NCBI GenBank assembly: GCA_034927475.1
Contig: JAYFPW010000002.1
Span: 117,003 to 181,002 of the forward strand
DNA length: 64,000 nucleotides
Direction of reading: 5' to 3'
Origin: Candidatus Elulimicrobiales bacterium
Lineage (GTDB): Bacteria > Patescibacteriota > Minisyncoccia > Phycocordibacterales > UBA5272
The notes beneath the pieces are model-generated. The model was not told the origin of the DNA. It saw nothing but the letters and a program-made list of their open reading frames with translations, and searched no databases. Position 1 is the first letter of the stretch; each line of letters opens with the position of its first letter. Below are positions 8,772-18,056 of this stretch, piece after piece. The position numbers were made by a program, and so were the translations under genes.

Positions 8772-10040
8772 ATGTTAGATATAAAATTTATAAGAGAAAA
8801 TCCAGAACTTATTAAAATGGCTGCGAAGAAAAAAAACTCGAATTTTAATGTTGAGGAACTTATCGAATTAGATAAAAAAAGAGTTGAACTCTCACAAAAA
8901 ATTGAAGAATTTAGAGCTAAACAAAATCAAGTTTCAGCAGAGATTCCAAATCTTTCTGGTGAAGAAAAAGAAAAAAAGATTCAAGAAATGAGTTTGGTTA
9001 AAGAAGAGATGAAAAAACTCGAACCAGATTTGACTGAGATTAATGAAAAATGGAAAGAATTAATGCTTAAAGTTCCAAATGTGCCAGATATGACTGTACC
9101 AGACGGAAATTCTGATGCTGATAATCAAGAAGTAAAAGTTTGGGGAGAAAAAACAAAATTTGATTTTGAACCAAAAGATCATATTGAAATAATGGAAAAT
9201 TTAAAAATGGTAGATTTTGAAAGAGGTTCAAAAGTTCATGGATTTAGAGGATACTTTTTAACTGGTGAAGGAGTAAAACTTTCTTTTGCAATTTGGAATT
9301 ACGCTTTAGAATTTTTTAGTAAAAGAGGCTACAATCCCATAATTCCACCAGTGATTGTCAGAAAGGAAAATCTTTATGGTACAGGACATTTGCCTGGTGA
9401 CGCAGATGATTATTATGTAACTCAAGATGATGACGCGCTAGCCGGTACAGCAGAAGTTCCACTTATGGGATTTCATCGGGACGAAATTTTAGATATAAAA
9501 AATCTTCCAATCAAATATTTAGGATTTTCTCCTTGTTTTCGCAGAGAAGCTGGAAGTTATTCTAAAGATGTCAAAGGTTTAATTAGGGTTCATGAATTTT
9601 ATAAATTTGAACAATTTATACTTTGTGAAGCCAATCATGAAGAGTCTGTAAAGTATCACGAAGAATTAAATAGAAACACTGAAGAATTTATAGAGTCTTT
9701 AAAAATTCCATATCATACGGTGATAAATTGTGGTGGAGATTTAGGACAAGGACAAGTTAAAAAATATGATATTGAACTTTGGGTTCCAAAAGAAGAAAAA
9801 TATAGAGAGATTTCCAGTGCTTCTTATTTTCATGATTTTCAAGCAAGGCGTTCAAACGTAAAATATCGCGACGAAGAAGGAAAAGTACGTTTTGTGCACT
9901 CTTTAAATTGTACGGCTATTCCCACTCCGAGAATTTTAGTCTCTTTAGTTGAAAATTATCAAAATCAAGATGGGACAATAAATATACCAGAAGTTTTAAT
10001 TCCTTATATGCAAGGTAAAAAAATAATTGGAAATAATTAG
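8772..10040 (+). CDS. serS: Seryl-tRNA synthetase
   Basis: It has an N-terminal coiled-coil arm (MLDIKFIRENPELIK...) and a class II core (FSPCFRREAGSYSKD..., ...TAIPTPRILVSLVENYQ). Confidence 0.9.
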   Translation: MLDIKFIRENPELIKMAAKKKNSNFNVEELIELDKKRVELSQKIEEFRAKQNQVSAEIPNLSGEEKEKKIQEMSLVKEEMKKLEPDLTEINEKWKELMLKVPNVPDMTVPDGNSDADNQEVKVWGEKTKFDFEPKDHIEIMENLKMVDFERGSKVHGFRGYFLTGEGVKLSFAIWNYALEFFSKRGYNPIIPPVIVRKENLYGTGHLPGDADDYYVTQDDDALAGTAEVPLMGFHRDEILDIKNLPIKYLGFSPCFRREAGSYSKDVKGLIRVHEFYKFEQFILCEANHEESVKYHEELNRNTEEFIESLKIPYHTVINCGGDLGQGQVKKYDIELWVPKEEKYREISSASYFHDFQARRSNVKYRDEEGKVRFVHSLNCTAIPTPRILVSLVENYQNQDGTINIPEVLIPYMQGKKIIGNN

Positions 10041-10731
10041 AAAAATGGCAAAAAGAAAGAAAAGAAAATTAAAAAAGAAATTTAAATTTCTACTTTGGTT
10101 AGTAATACTCTTACTGATCTTGGGAGGTGTCTTTTATTTAAATTATAAAAAGATAATCAATGTAAATACAATTTGGACAGAAACAAACATGCGTATTATT
10201 AACTTAAAAAGTTTCTTTATGAAAAAAGAAGAAAAAAAAGTAAAAACCAGATCTATTGATGAAAATGAATTTCTTAATAACGATAACTCAAAAGAAAAAG
10301 AAAATGATTTCGTTAAAATTTTTAGAACTCGTTTGCCAAGTAAGAATTTAAATTTTGCTTCTTCAAGTGAAATTTCTGCTAACGGTGACATGAAAATCTT
10401 TCTCCAAGAAACCAAAGACTCTTTAGGATATTTACACGTTAATACCAAAAATGATCCAGAATATGTTTGGATAACTTTTGTTTCTGCCATAGATGCAGAA
10501 CCTTTAAAGACAGAATTAGAAAAGAAAATAAAGCGTTTAGAATATATTGATTTAAGATTTTCAAATAAAGTTTTTTATAAATTCTTTGATTCTGAAACAA
10601 AAATCCCTGAAGAAGGCTTAAGAGACGTTTCGACTTCAACTATAATTATGGAAAACTCAACCACTTCTTCACATATTCCAATAGATATAATAGCTACCAC
10701 AACATTACCCACAACACTTCCAGTTAACTAA
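10027..10731 (+). CDS. Hypothetical membrane-anchored protein with a basic N-terminus, one TM segment and a Thr/Pro-rich C-terminus
   Basis: The ORF overlaps the serS stop by 14 nt. No motif I recognise. Confidence 0.45.
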   Translation: MEIIRKMAKRKKRKLKKKFKFLLWLVILLLILGGVFYLNYKKIINVNTIWTETNMRIINLKSFFMKKEEKKVKTRSIDENEFLNNDNSKEKENDFVKIFRTRLPSKNLNFASSSEISANGDMKIFLQETKDSLGYLHVNTKNDPEYVWITFVSAIDAEPLKTELEKKIKRLEYIDLRFSNKVFYKFFDSETKIPEEGLRDVSTSTIIMENSTTSSHIPIDIIATTTLPTTLPVN

Positions 10732-10733
10732 TT

Positions 10734-11819
10734 ATGTCTAAACAAAAGAACTTTTTAAAAGATTTAGAGCTAAAAATTAAAAAGAAAAAGCCAATTGTAG
10801 TTTTAGCGCCAATGGCCGATGTCACAGATCAAGTTTTTCGAGAAATAATTGTTAAATATTCACGGCCACATGGTCCAGATATTTTTTGGACAGAATTTGT
10901 CTCTGCTGATGGTTTAAATAGTCTTGGCAAGAAGAATTTATTAAAAGATTTAGTTTTTAACAAGAAAAAAGAATATCCAATATTAGCTCAGATTTTTAGT
11001 TCAAAAAAAGAAAATATTTTAAAGGCTATAAAACTAGTACACAAATTAGGTTTTAATGGAATAGATTTAAATATGGGTTGTCCAGATAGAAGTATTGAAA
11101 AACAACTTTCCGGGTCGGCCATGATGAAATACCCAGAACTTTCCAGAGAGATTGTGAAAGCTTCCAGAAAATTAGTTGACGAAATAAATAAAAAAAATGA
11201 TCAAAAAGAATACTTTAGTTTTTCAGTTAAAACTAGACTAGGCTATAACAAAATAGAATATGAAAAATGGTTTCCAAATATTTTAGATTCAGAGCCTGAT
11301 ATTTTTTCTGTGCATTTGCGAATCAGAAAAGAATTAAGTTTAGTGGAAGCACATTGGGAAATCGCTAAAGAAGTAGTTAATTTTATTAAAAAATATTGTA
11401 AAGAAAATAAATTAAAAACTCCTTTAATTTTCTTAAATGGAGATGTGAAAAATATTAAAGAAGCAAAAGAGAAAATAAAATTATCGAATTGTGATGGAAT
11501 AATGATTGGTAGGGGAGTCTTTGGTACCCCATGGCTATTTAATGAAAAAGAATATTTAAAAAGATTAGATCAAAATATTGAAACTAAAAAGGGGAGAGAA
11601 AATATTTTGTTCAGATTAAAAGTGCTACAAGAGCATACAAAACTTTTTGAAAAGAAGCTCACCAAAATAAAAAGTTTTAATATAATGAAAAAACATTATA
11701 AAGCATATGTGAACGGCTTTGATGGAGCGAAAGATCTAAGAAATGACCTTATGGTTGCAAAAGATTATAAAGAAGTAAAAAATATAGCAGACGCATTTAT
11801 CAAAAATAAATTAAAATAA
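10734..11819 (+). CDS. tRNA-dihydrouridine synthase
   Basis: VLAPMADVTDQVFREI and GIDLNMGCP are Dus family motifs with a TIM-barrel flavoprotein signature. Confidence 0.85.
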   Translation: MSKQKNFLKDLELKIKKKKPIVVLAPMADVTDQVFREIIVKYSRPHGPDIFWTEFVSADGLNSLGKKNLLKDLVFNKKKEYPILAQIFSSKKENILKAIKLVHKLGFNGIDLNMGCPDRSIEKQLSGSAMMKYPELSREIVKASRKLVDEINKKNDQKEYFSFSVKTRLGYNKIEYEKWFPNILDSEPDIFSVHLRIRKELSLVEAHWEIAKEVVNFIKKYCKENKLKTPLIFLNGDVKNIKEAKEKIKLSNCDGIMIGRGVFGTPWLFNEKEYLKRLDQNIETKKGRENILFRLKVLQEHTKLFEKKLTKIKSFNIMKKHYKAYVNGFDGAKDLRNDLMVAKDYKEVKNIADAFIKNKLK

Positions 11820-11831
11820 AAAAAGAGACCT

Positions 11832-12074
11832 TTAAACGATCTCTTTAGATTCATCTTTTTCTTTCAACTCTTTCAATTCTTTATTTTGTTTTTTTAGTTT
11901 CTCATTCTCGTTTAATAGAGCAAGAGCTACTAATAAATACCCGACGGATAGAAATGGCATAAGTAGAATATTTGAATCTTGGGGTACAAAAAAGGCAATT
12001 AAAATAGTTATTATCAATAAAACCAAACCTGTAATTTTCATTTTGTATATTTTTAATTGTTTATATTTTCTCAA
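11832..12074 (-). CDS. 80-aa small membrane protein with a C-terminal charged coiled-coil (copy 1 of a tandem pair)
   Basis: It has one TM helix followed by NENEKLKKQNKELKELKEKDESKEIV. Its own promoter lies at 12088-12116 (TTGACA-17-TATATT), and a hairpin overlaps its stop at 11822-11846. Confidence 0.5.
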   Translation of the reverse strand: MRKYKQLKIYKMKITGLVLLIITILIAFFVPQDSNILLMPFLSVGYLLVALALLNENEKLKKQNKELKELKEKDESKEIV

Positions 12075-12087
12075 ATCAACTATATAT

Positions 12088-12116
12088 AATATAGCATATC
12101 ATAATTAATTTGTCAA
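12088..12116 (-). promoter_or_regulatory. Sigma-70-like promoter TTGACA-17-TATATT for the small gene 11832-12074, with a leader of only about 7 nt
   Basis: The minus strand reads TTGACAaattaattatgatatgcTATATT. The start codon lies about 7 nt downstream of the predicted TSS. Confidence 0.4.
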
Positions 12117-12139
12117 GTTATAAAACAAAAAAGAGACCT

Positions 12140-12382
12140 TTAAATGGTCTCTTCAGATTCATATTTTTCTCTCAACTCTTTAATTTCTCTTTTCAGAGTT
12201 TTATTTTCAACCACCGTATCAAGGTGTAAGAATAAAACTCCAACGATCAAAAGTATTGAAAACACAAACTTGGGAATTTCTGGAAAGAAAAGCATGAGAG
12301 AAAGGTTTAATATTAGCAAACTTGTTCCGGTAATTGGATAAATAATAAGATTTTCCATTTTTTTTATTTTTAAAAGGTGCAT
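12140..12382 (-). CDS. 80-aa small membrane protein with a C-terminal charged coiled-coil (copy 2 of a tandem pair)
   Basis: It is paralogous to 11832-12074: a TM helix plus ENKTLKREIKELREKYESEETI. Its promoter at 12401-12429 is TTGACA-17-TATATT. A perfect hairpin AGAGACC/GGTCTCT at 12132-12152 overlaps its stop. Confidence 0.5.
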   Translation of the reverse strand: MHLLKIKKMENLIIYPITGTSLLILNLSLMLFFPEIPKFVFSILLIVGVLFLHLDTVVENKTLKREIKELREKYESEETI

Positions 12383-12400
12383 AATCTATTAACTATACTT

Positions 12401-12429
12401 AATATATCATATTAAAATATATATGTCAA
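12401..12429 (-). promoter_or_regulatory. Sigma-70-like promoter TTGACA-17-TATATT for the small gene 12140-12382
   Basis: The minus strand reads TTGACAtatatattttaatatgaTATATT. It is the duplicated counterpart of the promoter at 12088-12116. Confidence 0.4.
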
Positions 12430-12467
12430 GTTTTGGAAAGGGGAAGAAAATATAGTAAAATTTAGCT

Positions 12468-13553
12468 ATGAAAGATGAAAAAACTACCCAAAAGGACGAA
12501 GATGTCCGTCATTTAGCTTTATATAGAAAATATCGTCCTCAGGAATTTAAAGAGGTTCTAGGTCAAGATTTAGCCATTCAGGTACTTGAAACAGCTATTG
12601 AACAAGATAAAATCTATCACGCTTATATCTTTGCTGGAGATCGTGGAACTGGAAAAACTACTGTGGCTAGAATATTTGCTAAAAATATAGGTTGCTCACA
12701 AGACGATATTTTTGAATTAGACGCAGCTAGTAATAATAAAGTAGAAGATATTCGACTTATTATCGACGCTACCCAAGCTTCAACTTTTGGCTCTAGATAT
12801 AAAGTATATATTTTAGACGAGGCTCATATGCTCTCTAAATCTGCTTTTAACGCGCTTTTAAAAACTTTAGAAGAGCCTCCAAGTCATGTAATTTTTATTT
12901 TAGCAACTACGGATAAATATAAAATCCCGGATACAATTATTTCTAGATGTCAGGAAATAGATTTTGTGTCACCAAGTATTAAGAATTTAGAAAAATTAAT
13001 CACTTCAGTGACAAAGAAAGAAGAAATAGAAATTGATTCTGAAGCCAAGAAAAAGATAGCTGAGGAAGGTCGTGGATCATTTAGAGACACCTTAAGTGTT
13101 CTAGAAAAGATTTTGAACACTTTAAACAAGAAAGAAATTTCTATCGAAGATGTCAAAGAATTGTTTGGTACTGTGGAAGATGATGAGATCTTTAATATTT
13201 TAGAAGCTGTTGCTGAAAAGAATGTTTATAAACTTTTAACTTCTTTAAATAATTTAAAACTAGAAACTAGTCAGATAGTTGATAGAGTTTATGTTGAAAT
13301 TGTCAAAATGTTTGAACTCTCATTATTTATGAGATATTTGTCTGTAGATGAAGCAAAGGAAATTTTTATGGGTCAAGCAGGGGAAAAGCTTCTTAAGAAA
13401 ACCAAAGCTTTAGCTGAGAAACATCCTAAAGTGATTTCTTCTAATAATTTATATAGTTTACTAGAAATAGAAAAAGAATTAAATCAGAATTCAAATCTAA
13501 AGAAGAGTATTTTAAAGACAGGATTAATAAGAATATTAGAGAATGTTGTATAG
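12468..13553 (+). CDS. dnaX: DNA polymerase III gamma/tau subunit (short form, 361 aa)
   Basis: YRPQEFKEVLGQ..., Walker A GDRGTGKTT, the DEAHML box, and sensor LATTD. Confidence 0.85.
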   Translation: MKDEKTTQKDEDVRHLALYRKYRPQEFKEVLGQDLAIQVLETAIEQDKIYHAYIFAGDRGTGKTTVARIFAKNIGCSQDDIFELDAASNNKVEDIRLIIDATQASTFGSRYKVYILDEAHMLSKSAFNALLKTLEEPPSHVIFILATTDKYKIPDTIISRCQEIDFVSPSIKNLEKLITSVTKKEEIEIDSEAKKKIAEEGRGSFRDTLSVLEKILNTLNKKEISIEDVKELFGTVEDDEIFNILEAVAEKNVYKLLTSLNNLKLETSQIVDRVYVEIVKMFELSLFMRYLSVDEAKEIFMGQAGEKLLKKTKALAEKHPKVISSNNLYSLLEIEKELNQNSNLKKSILKTGLIRILENVV

Positions 13554-13742
13554 ATGAGATAAGCATTAAGATGATAGTTAGACTGACTTTAAGTTATTTA
13601 TAATAAGCACTATATTTAAAGCTTTATTATTATATATAGTGTCGTAAAAGAACGATTGTGCGACACTGTATATATTTAACCCTCTTTAAACATTTAACTA
13701 TACTTTTAATTACTTTACATATTATAAAATTACAAAACAAAA

Positions 13743-13769
13743 CATACGGTTGAGCACCGTATGTTTTGC
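13743..13769 (+). terminator. Rho-independent terminator-like hairpin
   Basis: CATACGG ttgagca CCGTATG followed by TTTTGCT. It lies about 190 nt downstream of dnaX inside a 750-bp low-coding region. Confidence 0.5.
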
Positions 13770-13918
13770 TAGTCACCCAGACTATTATTATATTGTGTGA
13801 TTCAAAATATTGAATCGACAGGAGAGACAGAAATGTGGGATTTTTCTATCTCCCCTGTTTAAAATTATAGCAAGAGATAAAATAGCTCCAATATTTACAA
13901 AATATATATTTTATTGTT

Positions 13919-14158
13919 TTATTTTTTCTTAAAAACTTCAAGTTCTATACCTGTGGCAAATTTTATTACAGTCACTAAACCTTTCCAAAAAGATTCAAAG
14001 ATATTTGGAAGATTAGCTTTTTTAAAAATATAAAAGAAATCGAATTTGCCATCTTTATGTTCTCCATTAGCTAATGTTTTATAAATAGCAAGATAGCCTA
14101 AAGCAAAAGCTATAAGACAATAAAGTATAAATCTGAATAAATAAATTTCTATTTCCAT
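13919..14158 (-). CDS. Hypothetical 79-aa membrane protein. A 44-aa hydrophobic ORF immediately upstream overlaps its start (ATGGAAATAG), so this may be a frameshifted or split small membrane protein.
   Basis: ORF-track ORF with a TM helix. The upstream overlapping ORF is MLIRIALNDLLLLLFFLLFCAGVILGFFLTVKKNIFIAWK. Confidence 0.3.
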   Translation of the reverse strand: MEIEIYLFRFILYCLIAFALGYLAIYKTLANGEHKDGKFDFFYIFKKANLPNIFESFWKGLVTVIKFATGIELEVFKKK

Positions 14159-14304
14159 GCGATGAATATATTCTTTTTAACGGTTAAGAAAAATCCTAAA
14201 ATTACCCCGGCACAAAACAGAAGAAAAAATAGTAATAATAAGTCATTTAAAGCTATTCTTATTAACATGTTTTTATACTACAATATTCAAAAAAATATTG
14301 CAAT

Positions 14305-15678
14305 TTAGAGATTTCTAAGAGATTCTATAGCATTTTCTACTCTTAATAAAGCTTCTTTTGTATCAAGTATATAAAGTAGAGACTTTGGATCTGGAGATTT
14401 ATCTTTTCCAGACAAAGCGTAACGTAGTGGCCAAAGAATATCTCCTTTACCTTTTTCTTCAGCTAATTTATAAATTTCTTCCCAAAGATTATCTAAATTG
14501 CTCTCATTGTTTTCTTTTCTTAATATATTTTCTATCAATTCTAAATTTAGAATGGTATTTTCTTTATTAGACTTTTTCCAAATTATTTCATTAGGATTAG
14601 AATATGTTGGAGTGTTTAAATAATAGTCTAGCTCTCCAACCTCATCCATATCTTTTAATTCAGCATAATAACTTATTCTATCAACAAGAACAGGTCTCAA
14701 TTTTTGAAGCATTTCATCTGAATATTTTTCAATATTAGGTAAAAATTCTTTTATATATTCTAATTGCTCACTTTCAGATTGAAGTTTTATATATTCTTTG
14801 TTAAACCAATTTAATTTTTCAATATTAAAAACAGCGCCTCCTTTTTGAACTTTTTCTATATTAAACTCTTTAATAATTTCCCCTAAAGAATAAATCTCTC
14901 TTTCTCCTCCAGGATTCCAACCAAGAAAAGCTAAAAAGTTTATAAAAGCATCTTTTAAATAACCTCTATTTTTATAATATTCTACCGAGACAATTTCCCC
15001 ATGAATTCTTTTAGATAATTTTTCTCTAGTTTCTGAAAGAATAAGTGGAATATGAGCATAAGTAGCCCTTTCTCTTTCTCCAACAGCTTCCCATATCAAA
15101 ATTTGTCTCGGAGTATTAGCTAAATGTTCTTCTCCGCGAATAATATGAGTTACGCCCATCAAAATATCATCTACTACATTTGAGAGATGAAAAACTGGCT
15201 CATCTAAACTTTTCGCTATAACAAAATCTCCTAAATCTGTCGTATCAACAGAAACTTCACCACGTATTAAATCAGTAAAAGATATAACTTTATTTGGATT
15301 TTTAAAACGAATCACTTCTCCTCTTAAAGTTTTACCTTCTTTTTTTGCTTCCAACAAATCTTCTTCTTTAGTTTTAGAAATATAAGCATGACCTTCGGAA
15401 ATTAATTTTTCTAAATATTTTCTATGAATAGGAAAATTATCTGACTGCTTTTTATTTTCATCAAATTTTAAATCAAGCCACTCAAAAGCTCTATAAATCC
15501 CTTCTGTAAATTCTTCTTTATTTCTCTCTAAATCAGTATCTTCTATTCTTAAAATGATTTTACCCTCTTTTTGTTTGGTAAAAATATAGTTAAAAAGAGC
15601 CGATCTGGCGCCTCCAATATGAAGAAATCCTGTGGGGCTTGGTGCAAAACGAGTAATAATTTTATTATTTTCTGACAT
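14305..15678 (-). CDS. gltX: Glutamyl-tRNA synthetase
   Basis: ITRFAPSPTGFLHIGGARSALFNY (HIGH region) and KLSKR (KMSKS-like). Confidence 0.9.
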   Translation of the reverse strand: MSENNKIITRFAPSPTGFLHIGGARSALFNYIFTKQKEGKIILRIEDTDLERNKEEFTEGIYRAFEWLDLKFDENKKQSDNFPIHRKYLEKLISEGHAYISKTKEEDLLEAKKEGKTLRGEVIRFKNPNKVISFTDLIRGEVSVDTTDLGDFVIAKSLDEPVFHLSNVVDDILMGVTHIIRGEEHLANTPRQILIWEAVGERERATYAHIPLILSETREKLSKRIHGEIVSVEYYKNRGYLKDAFINFLAFLGWNPGGEREIYSLGEIIKEFNIEKVQKGGAVFNIEKLNWFNKEYIKLQSESEQLEYIKEFLPNIEKYSDEMLQKLRPVLVDRISYYAELKDMDEVGELDYYLNTPTYSNPNEIIWKKSNKENTILNLELIENILRKENNESNLDNLWEEIYKLAEEKGKGDILWPLRYALSGKDKSPDPKSLLYILDTKEALLRVENAIESLRNL

Positions 15679-15742
15679 AAAAAGCTTTAATTACAAGGAA
15701 AATATAGCATAAAATCCCCTGTTTTTAGTATTGACAAATATT

Positions 15743-16879
15743 TTAATAATTGTGTGATATACCTATTTTTACAATTTCCTTAGCTATATATTCTGCTGCC
15801 CCAAATTTAAAGTTTTCAATATTATTGTATTGTAGGGTAGTATATTTTTCTTTATTATCTAAAATATTTTCTACAGTGTTTACCAAGATATTTCTTTTTA
15901 AATTAATTTCTTCAATTACAACTGAACATCCGGCTTTTTCAAAAATATAAGCATTAATCATTTGATGATTATTATTACTATTAGTAATAGGAATAATAAG
16001 TGATGGTATACCCCAAGCAGAAAGTTCAAATAAAGTAGAACCGGCTCTAGTTATGCACAAATCAGCTGATTCATAATATTTAGAAAGTTCCCCAAAAGGA
16101 AAGAAGTGATAATTTTCTCTATTCGGATTATTTTTTAATAATACCTCGCTAGCAATTTCTACAGCTTTTAAATTATTATCCCCTACTTGATGAATAATAT
16201 TATATTTTTCTAATAATTCTGGAAGAGCTTCCAGGACTGTATTATTTATAATCTCACTTCCTTGCGAACCACCAATAACTAAAATATTTTTTCTTTGATT
16301 TTCACTATGAATAATATTATTTTTTGTATCAAGTAATTTTTTCTCTATTTGAATTTTTGTTGGCAAATACTCTTGCATAATAGGTTGTCCAGTAAAAGCT
16401 GTTTTTTTAACATTAAAGTATTTAACAGCGTTCGCATAACTTACAGCTACTCTTTTAGCTAATTTTGCAGCTAATAAATTACTTCTGCCTGGCGCTGAAT
16501 CACTTTCATGAACAATAATTGGTATAAATAAGAGTTTTGCAGCAAAAACTACCGGCATACTCGCATAACCACCTTTAGCAAAAACTACATCCGGATAAAT
16601 TTTAAAGAGCTGAAACAAGGCAACAAAAAAACCAAAGAATGATTTGAATGGATCAAAAAAGTTTTTAAAAGAAAAATATAGTCTTAATTTACCTGCTGGA
16701 ATTTTTACAAATTTAATTTTCTTATCTTCTAATAATTTTTTATTATATTCTTTGTCAGATAGAAAATAAATATCTGCGTCGATAATCTTCTGATTCTCGG
16801 CCTCTTTTTTTATTCTTTCCGCTACAGCTATTAGAGGGTAAAAATGTCCACCCCCTGCCCCCGTTAAGACTACTCTCAT
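15743..16879 (-). CDS. murG: Undecaprenyldiphospho-muramoylpentapeptide beta-N-acetylglucosaminyltransferase MurG
   Basis: The N-terminal G-loop TGAGGGHFYPLIAVAE, a GT28 two-domain length, and position in a dcw-type cluster with ftsW and mraY. Confidence 0.85.
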   Translation of the reverse strand: MRVVLTGAGGGHFYPLIAVAERIKKEAENQKIIDADIYFLSDKEYNKKLLEDKKIKFVKIPAGKLRLYFSFKNFFDPFKSFFGFFVALFQLFKIYPDVVFAKGGYASMPVVFAAKLLFIPIIVHESDSAPGRSNLLAAKLAKRVAVSYANAVKYFNVKKTAFTGQPIMQEYLPTKIQIEKKLLDTKNNIIHSENQRKNILVIGGSQGSEIINNTVLEALPELLEKYNIIHQVGDNNLKAVEIASEVLLKNNPNRENYHFFPFGELSKYYESADLCITRAGSTLFELSAWGIPSLIIPITNSNNNHQMINAYIFEKAGCSVVIEEINLKRNILVNTVENILDNKEKYTTLQYNNIENFKFGAAEYIAKEIVKIGISHNY

Positions 16880-16928
16880 AATTTTTATTTATATAATCTA
16901 TTCTATCACAATTCTTTTTTTAGAGAAA

Positions 16929-18053
16929 TTAAATACTGACTTTTTGGCGTGAGATATTCAACAAAACCCCAAGCTCAAACATTAAGAAAATAAGTGAAGT
17001 TCCACCTTTGGAAACTAGAGGTAGTGGAACACCAGTTAAAGGTGCAAGACCTATTGCAGAACCTAAATTTAAAGACATTTGAAAGAAAAAAGTAGATATT
17101 ATTCCAATAATAAGCAATTTACCAAAGCTGTCATTAACTCTTCTAGCAATAAATATCCCTCTCATGATTATAATAAAGAATAGGGCCAAGAAAAGAACTG
17201 AACCAACGAATCCTAACTCTTCAGCATAAACAGCGAAAATTGAGTCGGAAATTTGTTCTGGTAAATAATTAAATTTTTGTATAGATTGCCCAACACCTCT
17301 ACCAAACATTCCACCTGAACCAATAGCTATTAAAGACTGATTTAGATGGTAGCCCGCACCTAAAGATTCTCTATTTGGCTCAATAAAAGTTAAAACTCTT
17401 TCTTTCATGTATGGTCGAGCTTGAATAAGTAATAAAAACAACAGTATTCCAGAAATAATTAGAATAAATACGTCTCCCATTTTTGCTCCTCCTACAAAAT
17501 AAACAATAAAAGCCGGAACAAGAACAACTAAAAAAGTTCCAAAATCTGGTTGTAATAATAAAACTGTGCCAATTAAAATTACAAAAATTAAAAAAGGAAG
17601 AAATCCAATTTTTATATTTTTAAACTGTTTTGAATATTTACTACAATAAGCGGCTATTAAAACTACACTAGCAAATTTTAATATTTCGCTTGGTTGAAAA
17701 GAAAGGCCAAAAATATCTATCCAGCGATGAGCTCCATTATAATAAAAACCTAGACCTGGTATAAAAACTGTAAGAGTAAAAAGTAAAGCCAATACAAATA
17801 AAATAATAGAATATTTTTTATAGTATTTATAATCTATTTTTGTACCAATAAATAATGCCAAAAAACCAAAAATAAAAACATAAAAAACTTGTGTTTTAAT
17901 TACAGAAAAGAATTTTAATTCATTATTTGGTAATATTCCTAAAGCTGCTGAAAGGAAAGTTAAAATACCAACTATTACTAAAATAATAATCAAAATTAAA
18001 AACACTTTATCAATCCTTAATTTACTTTTTAAATTTCCAAAAACTTTTGCCAT
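16929..18053 (-). CDS. ftsW: SEDS-family peptidoglycan glycosyltransferase FtsW/RodA
   Basis: It has 10 TM helices, ...FNYLPEQISDSIFAVYAEELGF, and synteny between mraY and murG. Confidence 0.8.
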   Translation of the reverse strand: MAKVFGNLKSKLRIDKVFLILIIILVIVGILTFLSAALGILPNNELKFFSVIKTQVFYVFIFGFLALFIGTKIDYKYYKKYSIILFVLALLFTLTVFIPGLGFYYNGAHRWIDIFGLSFQPSEILKFASVVLIAAYCSKYSKQFKNIKIGFLPFLIFVILIGTVLLLQPDFGTFLVVLVPAFIVYFVGGAKMGDVFILIISGILLFLLLIQARPYMKERVLTFIEPNRESLGAGYHLNQSLIAIGSGGMFGRGVGQSIQKFNYLPEQISDSIFAVYAEELGFVGSVLFLALFFIIIMRGIFIARRVNDSFGKLLIIGIISTFFFQMSLNLGSAIGLAPLTGVPLPLVSKGGTSLIFLMFELGVLLNISRQKVSI

Positions 18054-18056
18054 AAA

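Noticed and set aside
12144-12341. A 65-aa + strand ORF overlapping the small membrane gene 12140-12382
   Set aside because: It is antisense to the paralog-supported minus-strand gene, and its promoter and terminator geometry fits the minus-strand gene only.
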